This document shows positions 53,343 through 61,700 of a DNA stretch of 64,000 nucleotides, one piece after another. A program made the position numbers and the translations under genes. The notes under the pieces were generated by a model. It did not search any database. It was not told where the DNA came from and saw only the letters and a list, made by a program, of their open reading frames with translations. Numbering within the stretch: the first letter of the stretch is position 1; each line of letters begins with the position of its first letter. Source of the DNA: a virus (Duplodnaviria > Caudoviricetes); the IMG/VR virus record IMGVR_UViG_2595698964_000001, positions 1-64,000 of that record; one strand, 5' to 3'.

Positions 53343-55559
53343 ATGAATTTTGAGAGAGCGAGCGACTTCAAAAACTTCTGTAAAGTGCTGAAAACTGAAG
53401 ATCGCGAGAACATAATAAAGAGTGCGAAGAGTCAAGGACTCGTTTGGAAAGAGAACGAAGTGTTCAAAGTGAACTGGATGCGTTGCGCGATGGCAATTAA
53501 TAAGCATATCAAAAAGGGTAACATCTTTAAACTTGATATATCGCCGCCTAACGAGAGTAAACCAGATAAGGATAAAATACTCGAGGAAAAGAAAAAGACC
53601 AAAATTCCGACATCTAAATCAAATAATTTAAGCGTTCTTACGCAAAAAGTAAACTCGACCTACAGAGAGTTGGAAGATGGTACTATAATAATTGGAGAAG
53701 GGTATCAAACCAGACCGGGGAAATACGGAAATCCATTAGGAATTCAAGGACATCTTAGGCTTTGTTACCTATCTGCTCGCGTACCTTGGGACGTCGGCCA
53801 TTATATTGCTGTAGAAAACGCTTATGAAGATAACAAGGTATTACGGGAGCAACTAAGTGCGAAGTTTGATAGAAACACAAGACTTTGGTTTGTACCTTTT
53901 AGTCAATTGCTAGAACTTCTAAAGATTTTCAAAAATATCGAAGTTTCAAAAGGTATCGCCAAACCTATCAAAGAAGTACTAAACCGACTTGACATCGAGC
54001 AAATTGACGCTAGGAATATGAAATTCAAAAAGCTTTCTAATTACGAGTACGACGAAAGTCTAGAAAGTAATAGTAAAATTAGATTACACCAGTATCAAAA
54101 ACGAGGAGTGGAGACGCTAATAAGAGAACAGAAGGTCATACTTGGTTACGCTGTAGGTTTAGGAAAAACACTTACAGCGGTCGCCGGAGCTACAGAGCTA
54201 ATGAGAATGGGAATCGCTGAACGAGTTCTTATAATATGTCCGTTAGCTGTTATAAATAGTTGGGAAGACGAAATAAAGAAATTCAACCCAGAAGCTAGAG
54301 TTGAAAAGATACGAAGCAGAGATGTTCGTAAACAAGAAAAAGAAACTTTTGAGAGAGCTTCAAGGGCGGATTTTATCGTTGCGAATCATGAAGTAATAAG
54401 TAAAGACAATGTTGCGAGACAACTTAGACAACTCTGTGACGACGTAGTAATTGTAGATGAAGCGCATAAGTTCAAGAATTGGAGTTCGCAAAGAACAAAG
54501 TCGTTTTATAAACATTGGTCTAGCATACGTTACAAATGGATGTTAACAGCGACACCTTTCCCAAGCGGTAAACCAAAGGAGACTTACACGATGTTGAGTC
54601 ATGTAAGACCTGAGCTCGTCGGGAGTTGGCTCAAATTCTCCTCAGAGTTTGTTAAAACTAAAGATATACAAACTAGACAAGGGAACATAACCAAACCTGT
54701 AAGGCTCAAAAACGTCGTCAAACTAAGAAAACTGATAAGCCCTTTTGTTATAATAAAAACACAAAAAGACAAAGACGTAATGTTGTCGTTACCAAAAGAA
54801 CGTCATCTAACTTACAAACTAGACCTAACAGACCAACAAGCGAAACTTTACAGTAAACTCTTACAAAAAGCTATCGAGTTGACGTCAAATCCTAAAGGGA
54901 AGTTTGATCTTTTGGCAACGCTAACTAGAATGGAACATGTAGCAGTTGATCCTGATATAGCATTGAAGGGTAGTATTGATCTGAACAACTTTTACCCGAA
55001 AGAAGAGTGGGCGCTTAACACCATTCTAGCACATCTTGAAGACAAAGAAAACAAAGGCATTGTGGTGTTTTGTAGCTTAAAACTCCCTCTAGATAAACTA
55101 TACAACGGATTGGTTTCAAATGGTGTCCCTAAGAGCAAAATAGGCTTTATAACCGGGGAGTACAAGACGACTAACGTTGAGGAAAAGTTTAATGACGGAA
55201 AAATAAAAGTACTTCTATGTACATCCGCAGGAGAAGAAGGAATCAACCTTCAAAAAGGCGGAGACACAATGATTCATCTAGATACTACTTGGTTACCAAA
55301 AACCATAACTCAACGAGAAGGACGATTGTTAAGACAAGGGGCGACCGCGGAAGTTGTAACAATTTACACTCCTGTTATGAATGGTACAGTGGAAGACAAC
55401 AAGAGAGACACATTGTCGAAGAAGGTCGATATGATTGAACGACTGTTAGGAGATCGGTCAGCGGGGTCAGTAGCAAACAACTTAAAATCTGATATTCGGG
55501 CTCAGTTTTTAACAACAGAGGACATAAAAGCTATTTTAGACTCAGATTCTCATTACTAA
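53343..55559 (+). CDS. SNF2/SF2 helicase-like ATPase
   Basis: LHQYQ, VGLGKT, VDEAH, LTATP, AGEEGINLQ and QREGRLLR motifs. Confidence 0.9.
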   Translation: MNFERASDFKNFCKVLKTEDRENIIKSAKSQGLVWKENEVFKVNWMRCAMAINKHIKKGNIFKLDISPPNESKPDKDKILEEKKKTKIPTSKSNNLSVLTQKVNSTYRELEDGTIIIGEGYQTRPGKYGNPLGIQGHLRLCYLSARVPWDVGHYIAVENAYEDNKVLREQLSAKFDRNTRLWFVPFSQLLELLKIFKNIEVSKGIAKPIKEVLNRLDIEQIDARNMKFKKLSNYEYDESLESNSKIRLHQYQKRGVETLIREQKVILGYAVGLGKTLTAVAGATELMRMGIAERVLIICPLAVINSWEDEIKKFNPEARVEKIRSRDVRKQEKETFERASRADFIVANHEVISKDNVARQLRQLCDDVVIVDEAHKFKNWSSQRTKSFYKHWSSIRYKWMLTATPFPSGKPKETYTMLSHVRPELVGSWLKFSSEFVKTKDIQTRQGNITKPVRLKNVVKLRKLISPFVIIKTQKDKDVMLSLPKERHLTYKLDLTDQQAKLYSKLLQKAIELTSNPKGKFDLLATLTRMEHVAVDPDIALKGSIDLNNFYPKEEWALNTILAHLEDKENKGIVVFCSLKLPLDKLYNGLVSNGVPKSKIGFITGEYKTTNVEEKFNDGKIKVLLCTSAGEEGINLQKGGDTMIHLDTTWLPKTITQREGRLLRQGATAEVVTIYTPVMNGTVEDNKRDTLSKKVDMIERLLGDRSAGSVANNLKSDIRAQFLTTEDIKAILDSDSHY

Positions 55560-56088
55560 AAGTTTTGAGGGTCTGTTGTTTACATTCTTTTTGGAGGTGA
55601 TGATAAAGATGACAACTATCAAAATGAACAACGGGGATGTTTTTTATAGTAAATTAAACGCAGAACAGTTCCGGTCTCAAGTTAACGGTGCTAACAACGG
55701 AGGCAAAGCGATTATCGAAGCTTTCAAAGACACAGGTTTTACTGACAGAGAGTTTATAAATTTAAATCTAGTTTCAAGTTTTAAATAGACAGGAGATATT
55801 TTCCTGTCTCATACATAATTTTTACTCATTGTAACGCAAAAAACATGTAACTAGACCAGTTAGCAATTGGTTTACATTGAAACGCATGCGTAATTTTTAC
55901 GTCAGAATACATAAATGTATTATATATTAATAATATATACAACATGTTATATAAATATATGCAGAGGGCTTTGGTTGTCCTCTAGCATATTATTTAAATT
56001 AGTTATTTGCTTCGCAAATATGTCTATCGACTGGAGAAAATTTTTGTTTTTAACTCTTTAGTTATAAAAACTCTACCGGGGTGACAAA

Positions 56089-56361
56089 ATGCGTGAAGGA
56101 AGACTATCAGTTGTCTACTTGAAAGAAGAGGAGAAACAGAAGAGAACTATAGACGCTGTTAAGTATATGATGAAGCATAACTTGACAATGAATTTAGCTG
56201 GCAGACGCTACGGTTTACCTCGTAGTACGCTTCATAGGTTTATCCATAAACACCTTGAAGGCTGGGATAAAGAACTCTATGATGAGGTGATAAAGTTTAT
56301 TAAAAGACGAAGAAAGCAGATAGCTCTGGAAGCGTCATACTCATATCACGGGAGACCTTAA
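56089..56361 (+). CDS. SpoIIID-like HTH transcription regulator
   Basis: RTIDAVKYMM...AGRRYGLPRSTLHRFIHKHL...ELYDEV aligns by eye with B. subtilis SpoIIID (RTIKIGKYIV...AKEFGVSKSTVHKDLTERL...DLANEV). Confidence 0.7.
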   Translation: MREGRLSVVYLKEEEKQKRTIDAVKYMMKHNLTMNLAGRRYGLPRSTLHRFIHKHLEGWDKELYDEVIKFIKRRRKQIALEASYSYHGRP

Positions 56362-56416
56362 AAGGCTATTGAAGCTCGCCCTATATTCTTGCTGATACTA
56401 CGAGGAGGTGAGAACT

Positions 56417-56710
56417 ATGGGCGAAAATTCTAAACTTAACTGGCGAGTGCGGTTTGCCAACCCTACTTGGTGGGTGTTAGCGGGAATCCCTCAGTTGATT
56501 CTTATTGTTCAGCTGATCTTAACTTTTGTAAACGATTTTGTTTACCCTACGGGATATCAGATCACTGAAGAAGGCGTACAAGGTTTTATGGGTATTGTCA
56601 ACGCTGTTGCGCTGTTATTCGGTATTGGCGGTTCAATTATTGATCCGACGACTTCCGGATTCAAAGACAGCTCACAAGCAAGTCAATACAAAAAACCTAA
56701 TAAGTTGTAA
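56417..56710 (+). CDS. Holin (phiLC3-like family)
   Basis: NWRVRFANPTWW, two TM segments, IIDPTTSGFKDS. Confidence 0.85.
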   Translation: MGENSKLNWRVRFANPTWWVLAGIPQLILIVQLILTFVNDFVYPTGYQITEEGVQGFMGIVNAVALLFGIGGSIIDPTTSGFKDSSQASQYKKPNKL

Positions 56711-56768
56711 TTAAACGACCCCCTGTTGGCGTACTATATGTACTATATGTTAACAGGAGGGGATACTT

Positions 56769-57086
56769 ATGAGAAGAGAAGCTTGTAAACTTGCGAAGGA
56801 ACTCGCCCAAAAGAACGGCGGGAAACCGAGCGAGTACATGGGAGAGGCTTGGGCTAGACTTAGGAAGGATAATCCTGAGAAGTTCAAGAAAGCTCCTAAA
56901 AAGAAGACAACGAGTAAGAAAGACAAGATTGTTAAAGTGGCGAAGGTTTCTCACGGATTGTTCAAAGCTTATCAAGCAACGTCCGGGAAATCAAGAACCT
57001 CTGGTGTCGACGCCCTAGCGACTTTCTTTGGCGGCGGAAAGGAAGCTAGAAGGACTGAGAACGTGATCTTGAAATTTTTAAAATAG
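56769..57086 (+). CDS. Small Lys-rich basic protein
   Basis: 105 aa, KKAPKKKTTSKKDK, strong RBS, followed by terminator ~57098-57122. Confidence 0.65.
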   Translation: MRREACKLAKELAQKNGGKPSEYMGEAWARLRKDNPEKFKKAPKKKTTSKKDKIVKVAKVSHGLFKAYQATSGKSRTSGVDALATFFGGGKEARRTENVILKFLK

Positions 57087-57221
57087 TTTTAGAAAAGAAG
57101 GGTGGGCGTTGCTCACCCTTTTCAATTTATAATCTGAATTACTTCCAAGGGATCATTGTTTACTGTACAAAACAGGAGTCAAGTTTTGACTTTTAAACTT
57201 TATTCTATGGAGGTTGGTAAT

Positions 57222-57932
57222 ATGTCAATGTACTACTACTCTCGTAACTTGGACAATATTAACAAGCTGGCGGATAACACAAAAGCTGCTGCTAAGAAAC
57301 TTTTGGACTACGCGGAAAAGAACAAACTTGGTGTTCTTGTCTACGAAACCATTAGAACTGAAGCGCAACAAAGAGAGAACGTACGCAAGGGAGCATCTCA
57401 AACGATGAAGTCTTACCATCTTGTTGGTCAAGCTCTTGACTTTGTTCCTACGAAGGGTTACTCTTCCAGTGCGGTTGACTGGAATGGTTATGGCTCTTCA
57501 ACTGCTAAGAAGTTCGTAGCTTACGCGAAGAAACTCGGATTTGAATGGGGCGGAGATTGGAAATCTTTCGTTGACAAACCTCATCTTCAATTCAACTACA
57601 AGGGATACGGAACAGACACTTTTGGAAAGAAAGCTGTTACACCTAGTAAGCCTAAAGCGTCTAGCGGTTCAGGTTCTTCAAAGGTTTCTCTTCCAAATAG
57701 AGTTATTCGTGTAACGAAGCCGATAGTTCACGGAAGTGACGTACTAGCGATTCAGAAAGCCTTGTCTAGTTTGTACTTCTACCCTGAGAAAGGTGCTAAA
57801 GATAATGGTTGTGATAGCTACTACGGTCCAAAAACTGCAAACGCTGTCAAGCGATTCCAATCAGTTAACGGATTAGTGGCTGATGGTGTATATGGTCCAA
57901 AAACGAGAGCAGCTATCTTGAAGAAACTATAA
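57222..57932 (+). CDS. Endolysin, M15 L-Ala-D-Glu peptidase (Ply500/CwlK-like) with C-terminal PG-binding domain
   Basis: ETIRT..QQ, SYHLVGQALDFVP, WGGDWKSFVDKPHLQ; DSYYGPKTANAVKRFQ...DGVYGPKT. Class-II motif at 57175-57204. Confidence 0.92.
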   Translation: MSMYYYSRNLDNINKLADNTKAAAKKLLDYAEKNKLGVLVYETIRTEAQQRENVRKGASQTMKSYHLVGQALDFVPTKGYSSSAVDWNGYGSSTAKKFVAYAKKLGFEWGGDWKSFVDKPHLQFNYKGYGTDTFGKKAVTPSKPKASSGSGSSKVSLPNRVIRVTKPIVHGSDVLAIQKALSSLYFYPEKGAKDNGCDSYYGPKTANAVKRFQSVNGLVADGVYGPKTRAAILKKL

Positions 57933-57954
57933 TTTGCTGAAAGGGGTCTCTAAT

Positions 57955-58779
57955 ATGCCGGAAATAGTGGAAGTTGAGATTCAAGTGGAAGGATTATACG
58001 GGCTGATCGGAGATCGACTCAAAGACCTGATGTTAGGAGACCGGGGAGAAAAAATCATCAGACCTTTTGATGAAGACTCTTTCCGGTCTTTTGTTTTAGG
58101 TAAAGAGATTCGAGATGTAAAACGTGTTGGAAAGTATATCGTGATGACCTTTGAGGATGGTTTGAGTATGGTTACTCACTTGCGAATGACCGGCAGGTAC
58201 ACTATAAACGTGCCTGAGAGTAAGATCGGGCATACTCGAGTAGAGTTTTTTACAGAAAACGGTCTCTCACTTCGATATAGCGACGTTAGATTGTTCGGAA
58301 GGATTTCTATTATAAAAGATTTAGACGTCCTTAAAAAAGGTGCAGATGCCCTTAAAACGGATAGTATTCAGTTAGCTAAGATTATCGAAAAGACGAAAGA
58401 GAAGGATGCGAAACGCCGAAAAGATAGAACGGTTAAAGAGCTCCTTACCGGACAGAAGGTAATAACAGGTGTTGGCAATGTTTACGCTAATGAAATTTTG
58501 TTTAGGCAGTCTTTATATCCGGGAACGCTTTTGAGTGAACTCGCCTCAACCTCGATAGAATCGTTAGCAAACGAAATAAAGTCTGTGCTTTCTTGGGGTT
58601 ATCAACTTGGAGGACTTTCTTTGAAAGACTACTATCACGTTGATGGAACAAAAGGAAAAGCTCAAAACCATTTAAATGTTTATAAAAACTCTAGATGTCA
58701 AAGATGTTTGAGTAGATTAAAAACTAGTAAGGACTTCGATGGCAGGGCGACGTACTATTGTCCACGTTGTCAGTCTTAG
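57955..58779 (+). CDS. mutM: Formamidopyrimidine-DNA glycosylase (Fpg/MutM family)
   Basis: N-terminal MPEIVEVE, RVGKY, HLRMTG, DVRLFG, H2TH GVGNVYANEILF and C-terminal Zn finger CQRC...RATYYCPRCQ. Confidence 0.9.
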   Translation: MPEIVEVEIQVEGLYGLIGDRLKDLMLGDRGEKIIRPFDEDSFRSFVLGKEIRDVKRVGKYIVMTFEDGLSMVTHLRMTGRYTINVPESKIGHTRVEFFTENGLSLRYSDVRLFGRISIIKDLDVLKKGADALKTDSIQLAKIIEKTKEKDAKRRKDRTVKELLTGQKVITGVGNVYANEILFRQSLYPGTLLSELASTSIESLANEIKSVLSWGYQLGGLSLKDYYHVDGTKGKAQNHLNVYKNSRCQRCLSRLKTSKDFDGRATYYCPRCQS

Positions 58780-58793
58780 AAGGGAATGATTAG

Positions 58794-59531
58794 ATGCGAA
58801 AGTCTCTGTTGACTTGTTCGCTTGTGGTTGTATGTTTAGCGGAGAGTGTTGTATGTTATTCGCTTACGAACAAAGTGAATGAGAAAAACGAAGAGATCAC
58901 AAAAGTTAAAAAACACAACGATGAGCTTGGTAACAAAAATGATGAGCTGAATGATACCAACAATAGTTTAGAGAAAGATTTGAAGTCGACGGCAAAGGAT
59001 GTTGAGAGTCTGAAAGTTGACCTTAAGGAAGCTAAGAAGGCTAAAAAAGAGCTCGAAGAGACAAAGAAAGATTTGAACAAGAAAAGTGCGTCACTAAGTG
59101 CGGAAAACGAGAGGTTAAAAGAAGCGTTAAAAAAGAAGAGAGCTGACAACGGCAAAGCCGTCGAGGTACAAAAGCGCGATATAAAGCGTGATGTTACAAC
59201 CCCTTCTCGCGAGAAAAGTTCAACTCCAAACCAAAGGATGTTAACAATGGAAGCCACAGCCTACACAGCTTTCTGCGAGGGTTGCTCTGGTACAACTAGA
59301 CTAGGTTTTGATCTCAGAGCGAACCCAAATGCTAAAGTTGTAGCAGTTGACCCATCGGTTATTCCACTTGGTTCTACAGTAGAGGTAGCGGGTTACGGTT
59401 ATGCGGTTGCCAGCGATACGGGAGGGGCGATAAAAGGAAACAGGATAGACCTGTTTATGGCTTCCGAGACTGATGCGAGAAACTTTGGAAGACGAAGTGT
59501 TACAGTGAAAATTATAAAAGCGGGTGGATAG
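58794..59531 (+). CDS. Membrane-anchored coiled-coil + 3D-domain protein (YocH-like)
   Basis: MEATAYTA.CEGCSG, VAVDPSVIPLGS, DTGGAIKGNRIDLF. Confidence 0.88.
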   Translation: MRKSLLTCSLVVVCLAESVVCYSLTNKVNEKNEEITKVKKHNDELGNKNDELNDTNNSLEKDLKSTAKDVESLKVDLKEAKKAKKELEETKKDLNKKSASLSAENERLKEALKKKRADNGKAVEVQKRDIKRDVTTPSREKSSTPNQRMLTMEATAYTAFCEGCSGTTRLGFDLRANPNAKVVAVDPSVIPLGSTVEVAGYGYAVASDTGGAIKGNRIDLFMASETDARNFGRRSVTVKIIKAGG

Positions 59532-59879
59532 GTTGTTCATTATTAAAGGATGGAACGGCAGGTATGGACAAGATGCCGTCTTCATAATCGAAGACCGAGA
59601 TACAGGTAAGCAGGGATTATATGTTGTTGGTATGAAACAAGAGCACGTAAGTTGGTTGGACGAAGACCTTTGTTCCATATACAATTTTGAGGACTTCTGT
59701 AATGAGAAAGTCGATAGCCTAGAAGAGATCGTGTTTTAAAAGCGGCAACACCCTAAGTACTAAACTATGATTGTACAATCTTAACAGTGTACTGGGCGGT
59801 GTTGTGTTAATGCGACGACACAAGCGGCATAGTGGTTGGACAAGGGTCGCGTTCATGTAAACGAAGGGTGGTTTTGTCG

Positions 59880-60530
59880 ATGGTTAAAGAGAGTTTAGAA
59901 GTTCCTGAGATTGGGTTTTACAACCTTAGAAAGAGGATGACTGCTGAACAACTAGAATATGCAAACTCGATTCTCAAGAAGAACATTACATTCAGCAACT
60001 CTGGCGCGGGCACAGGCAAGACTACAGTAGCTGTAGCTTGTATGCGTTTCTTATATGAACTCGGATTGATTAACCACCTTTATTATATCGTTTCTCCTTG
60101 TGAGGAAAAGGCTCTTGGTCATAGACCGGGAACTCAAAAAGAGAAAGAAGCAGACTATATGTATCCGTTACACGATGCTCTTGTTGAAATAGGAGAAGTT
60201 CCTGAGAGAGCTACTGATGAGGTTGCGGGTTGGGTAACTCCTAAGACTGATACTTTCCTACGAGGAACAAACATAAAAGGCGCTGGAGTGATTATCGAAG
60301 AAGCACAAAACTGGACAACTCATCAACTCAGAAAAGGTCTAACTCGACTTCACGATGACTGTACAGTTGTCGTAATAGGTCATGACGGTCAAATTGATCT
60401 TAAACGTCCTCAAGATTCCGGGTTCAAAAAATGTATTGAGCACTTTGAAGTTCTTGGGGATAAAGTTGGTGTGGTGACGCTAACCACTGACTTTAGAGGT
60501 TGGATCTCAAGTCACGCAGATAAACTGTGA
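59880..60530 (+). CDS. phoH: PhoH family ATPase
   Basis: GAGTGKT, LGHRPG...EK, FLRGTN, IIEEAQN, LTR and GHDGQIDL motifs. Confidence 0.9.
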   Translation: MVKESLEVPEIGFYNLRKRMTAEQLEYANSILKKNITFSNSGAGTGKTTVAVACMRFLYELGLINHLYYIVSPCEEKALGHRPGTQKEKEADYMYPLHDALVEIGEVPERATDEVAGWVTPKTDTFLRGTNIKGAGVIIEEAQNWTTHQLRKGLTRLHDDCTVVVIGHDGQIDLKRPQDSGFKKCIEHFEVLGDKVGVVTLTTDFRGWISSHADKL

Positions 60531-60836
60531 GGTGTAAATATTGAAAGCTATAAACCTAGAACATAACTTGACTGACGTAGAACTCGAAGAGACACTAACA
60601 AAGGCTTTAAAAAGCCTTGTAGACATGAGGGAGCTGGACAAAGACCTCCCAGAGGGTTTGGCTAACGATATTAAAACAGAAGCGGAAGACCTTGTAGGAA
60701 AAGTTTTAGACAACATGACTTCCGAAATTCGTAATGTTCTGCTAATGAAATAAGATTACGACTATATGAGTTTAGACATTAAGGTGTAGATCAGTTATAG
60801 GTCTACACCTTAACTAATTTTCAGGGGGAAACTAAA

Positions 60837-61697
60837 TTGGAATTGTTAACAAAAGAGCAACTCAAAGCGATTGCTAAAATAATTCAAGAACACGTTGGTG
60901 TTCTCGTAAATCTTGCTGTTGGGAACCGTGAAGTTGATGGCAACTTACTTAAAAAACTAGGTATACCGATCGACGCGCCGTCAATTATTGAAAACGCGTT
61001 TGTTCTTGGTAAACTTGTACAACTTCTTCGTGAAAAAGATTTAAAGCAGATGTCTTTTGACGACCTTAAAAAGGAAAGTAAGAAGATGAAACTTTCTGTT
61101 GTAGAACGGAACTCGCTAGAGTTTTCTAAGAAGTCTGCAGCCAAATACGTTACAGCGCTAGGACAGCGAATTCAAAACAAGATAAACACAGATATAGAGC
61201 TTGCGTCTCAAAAGGTGAACCTAGAAGTAGCGGAAAGGGACATCGTAAGAGACAAAATATCGCAAGGAATCTTAAAACAGCGAACAAGAACACAACTAGC
61301 GTCCGACTTAGGACACGAGTTGGACGACTGGAAAAGAGACTGGAGACGCGTAGCGCATACGGAGCTTTGGAATGCAAAGCTACAAGGGGAAGTTGTTACA
61401 ATCCTTCAAGGGGAGTCTATTTATTCAAATGGGTCTAGAGGAGACACAATTGTCTTTAGACGTCCTGCGCCGGATGCCTGTAGTCACTGTAAACGATTAT
61501 ACTTGGAGTCCGATATGACGACACCCAAATTATTTAAGCTTAGTGAACTAGTAAACAACGGAACTAACGTTGGAAAGAAAGTCGCTGAATGGAAACCGAT
61601 AACAGGAACGACTCATCCCAACTGTTCTTGCCCTATAGCAGTTATGCCCGATGGTTTCGGTTTTAATGAACATGGACAGATTGAATTTAAAGGATAG
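60837..61697 (+). CDS. Minor head / head morphogenesis protein (MuF/SPP1 gp7-like)
   Basis: WRRVAHTE, ACSHCKRL and HPNCSC motifs; immediately upstream of portal. Confidence 0.75.
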   Translation: MELLTKEQLKAIAKIIQEHVGVLVNLAVGNREVDGNLLKKLGIPIDAPSIIENAFVLGKLVQLLREKDLKQMSFDDLKKESKKMKLSVVERNSLEFSKKSAAKYVTALGQRIQNKINTDIELASQKVNLEVAERDIVRDKISQGILKQRTRTQLASDLGHELDDWKRDWRRVAHTELWNAKLQGEVVTILQGESIYSNGSRGDTIVFRRPAPDACSHCKRLYLESDMTTPKLFKLSELVNNGTNVGKKVAEWKPITGTTHPNCSCPIAVMPDGFGFNEHGQIEFKG

Positions 61698-61700
61698 GAG

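Noticed and set aside
59742-59860. Possible tRNA upstream of phoH
   Set aside because: No TTC T-loop consensus, cloverleaf or CCA end. Kept only as a structured-leader candidate.
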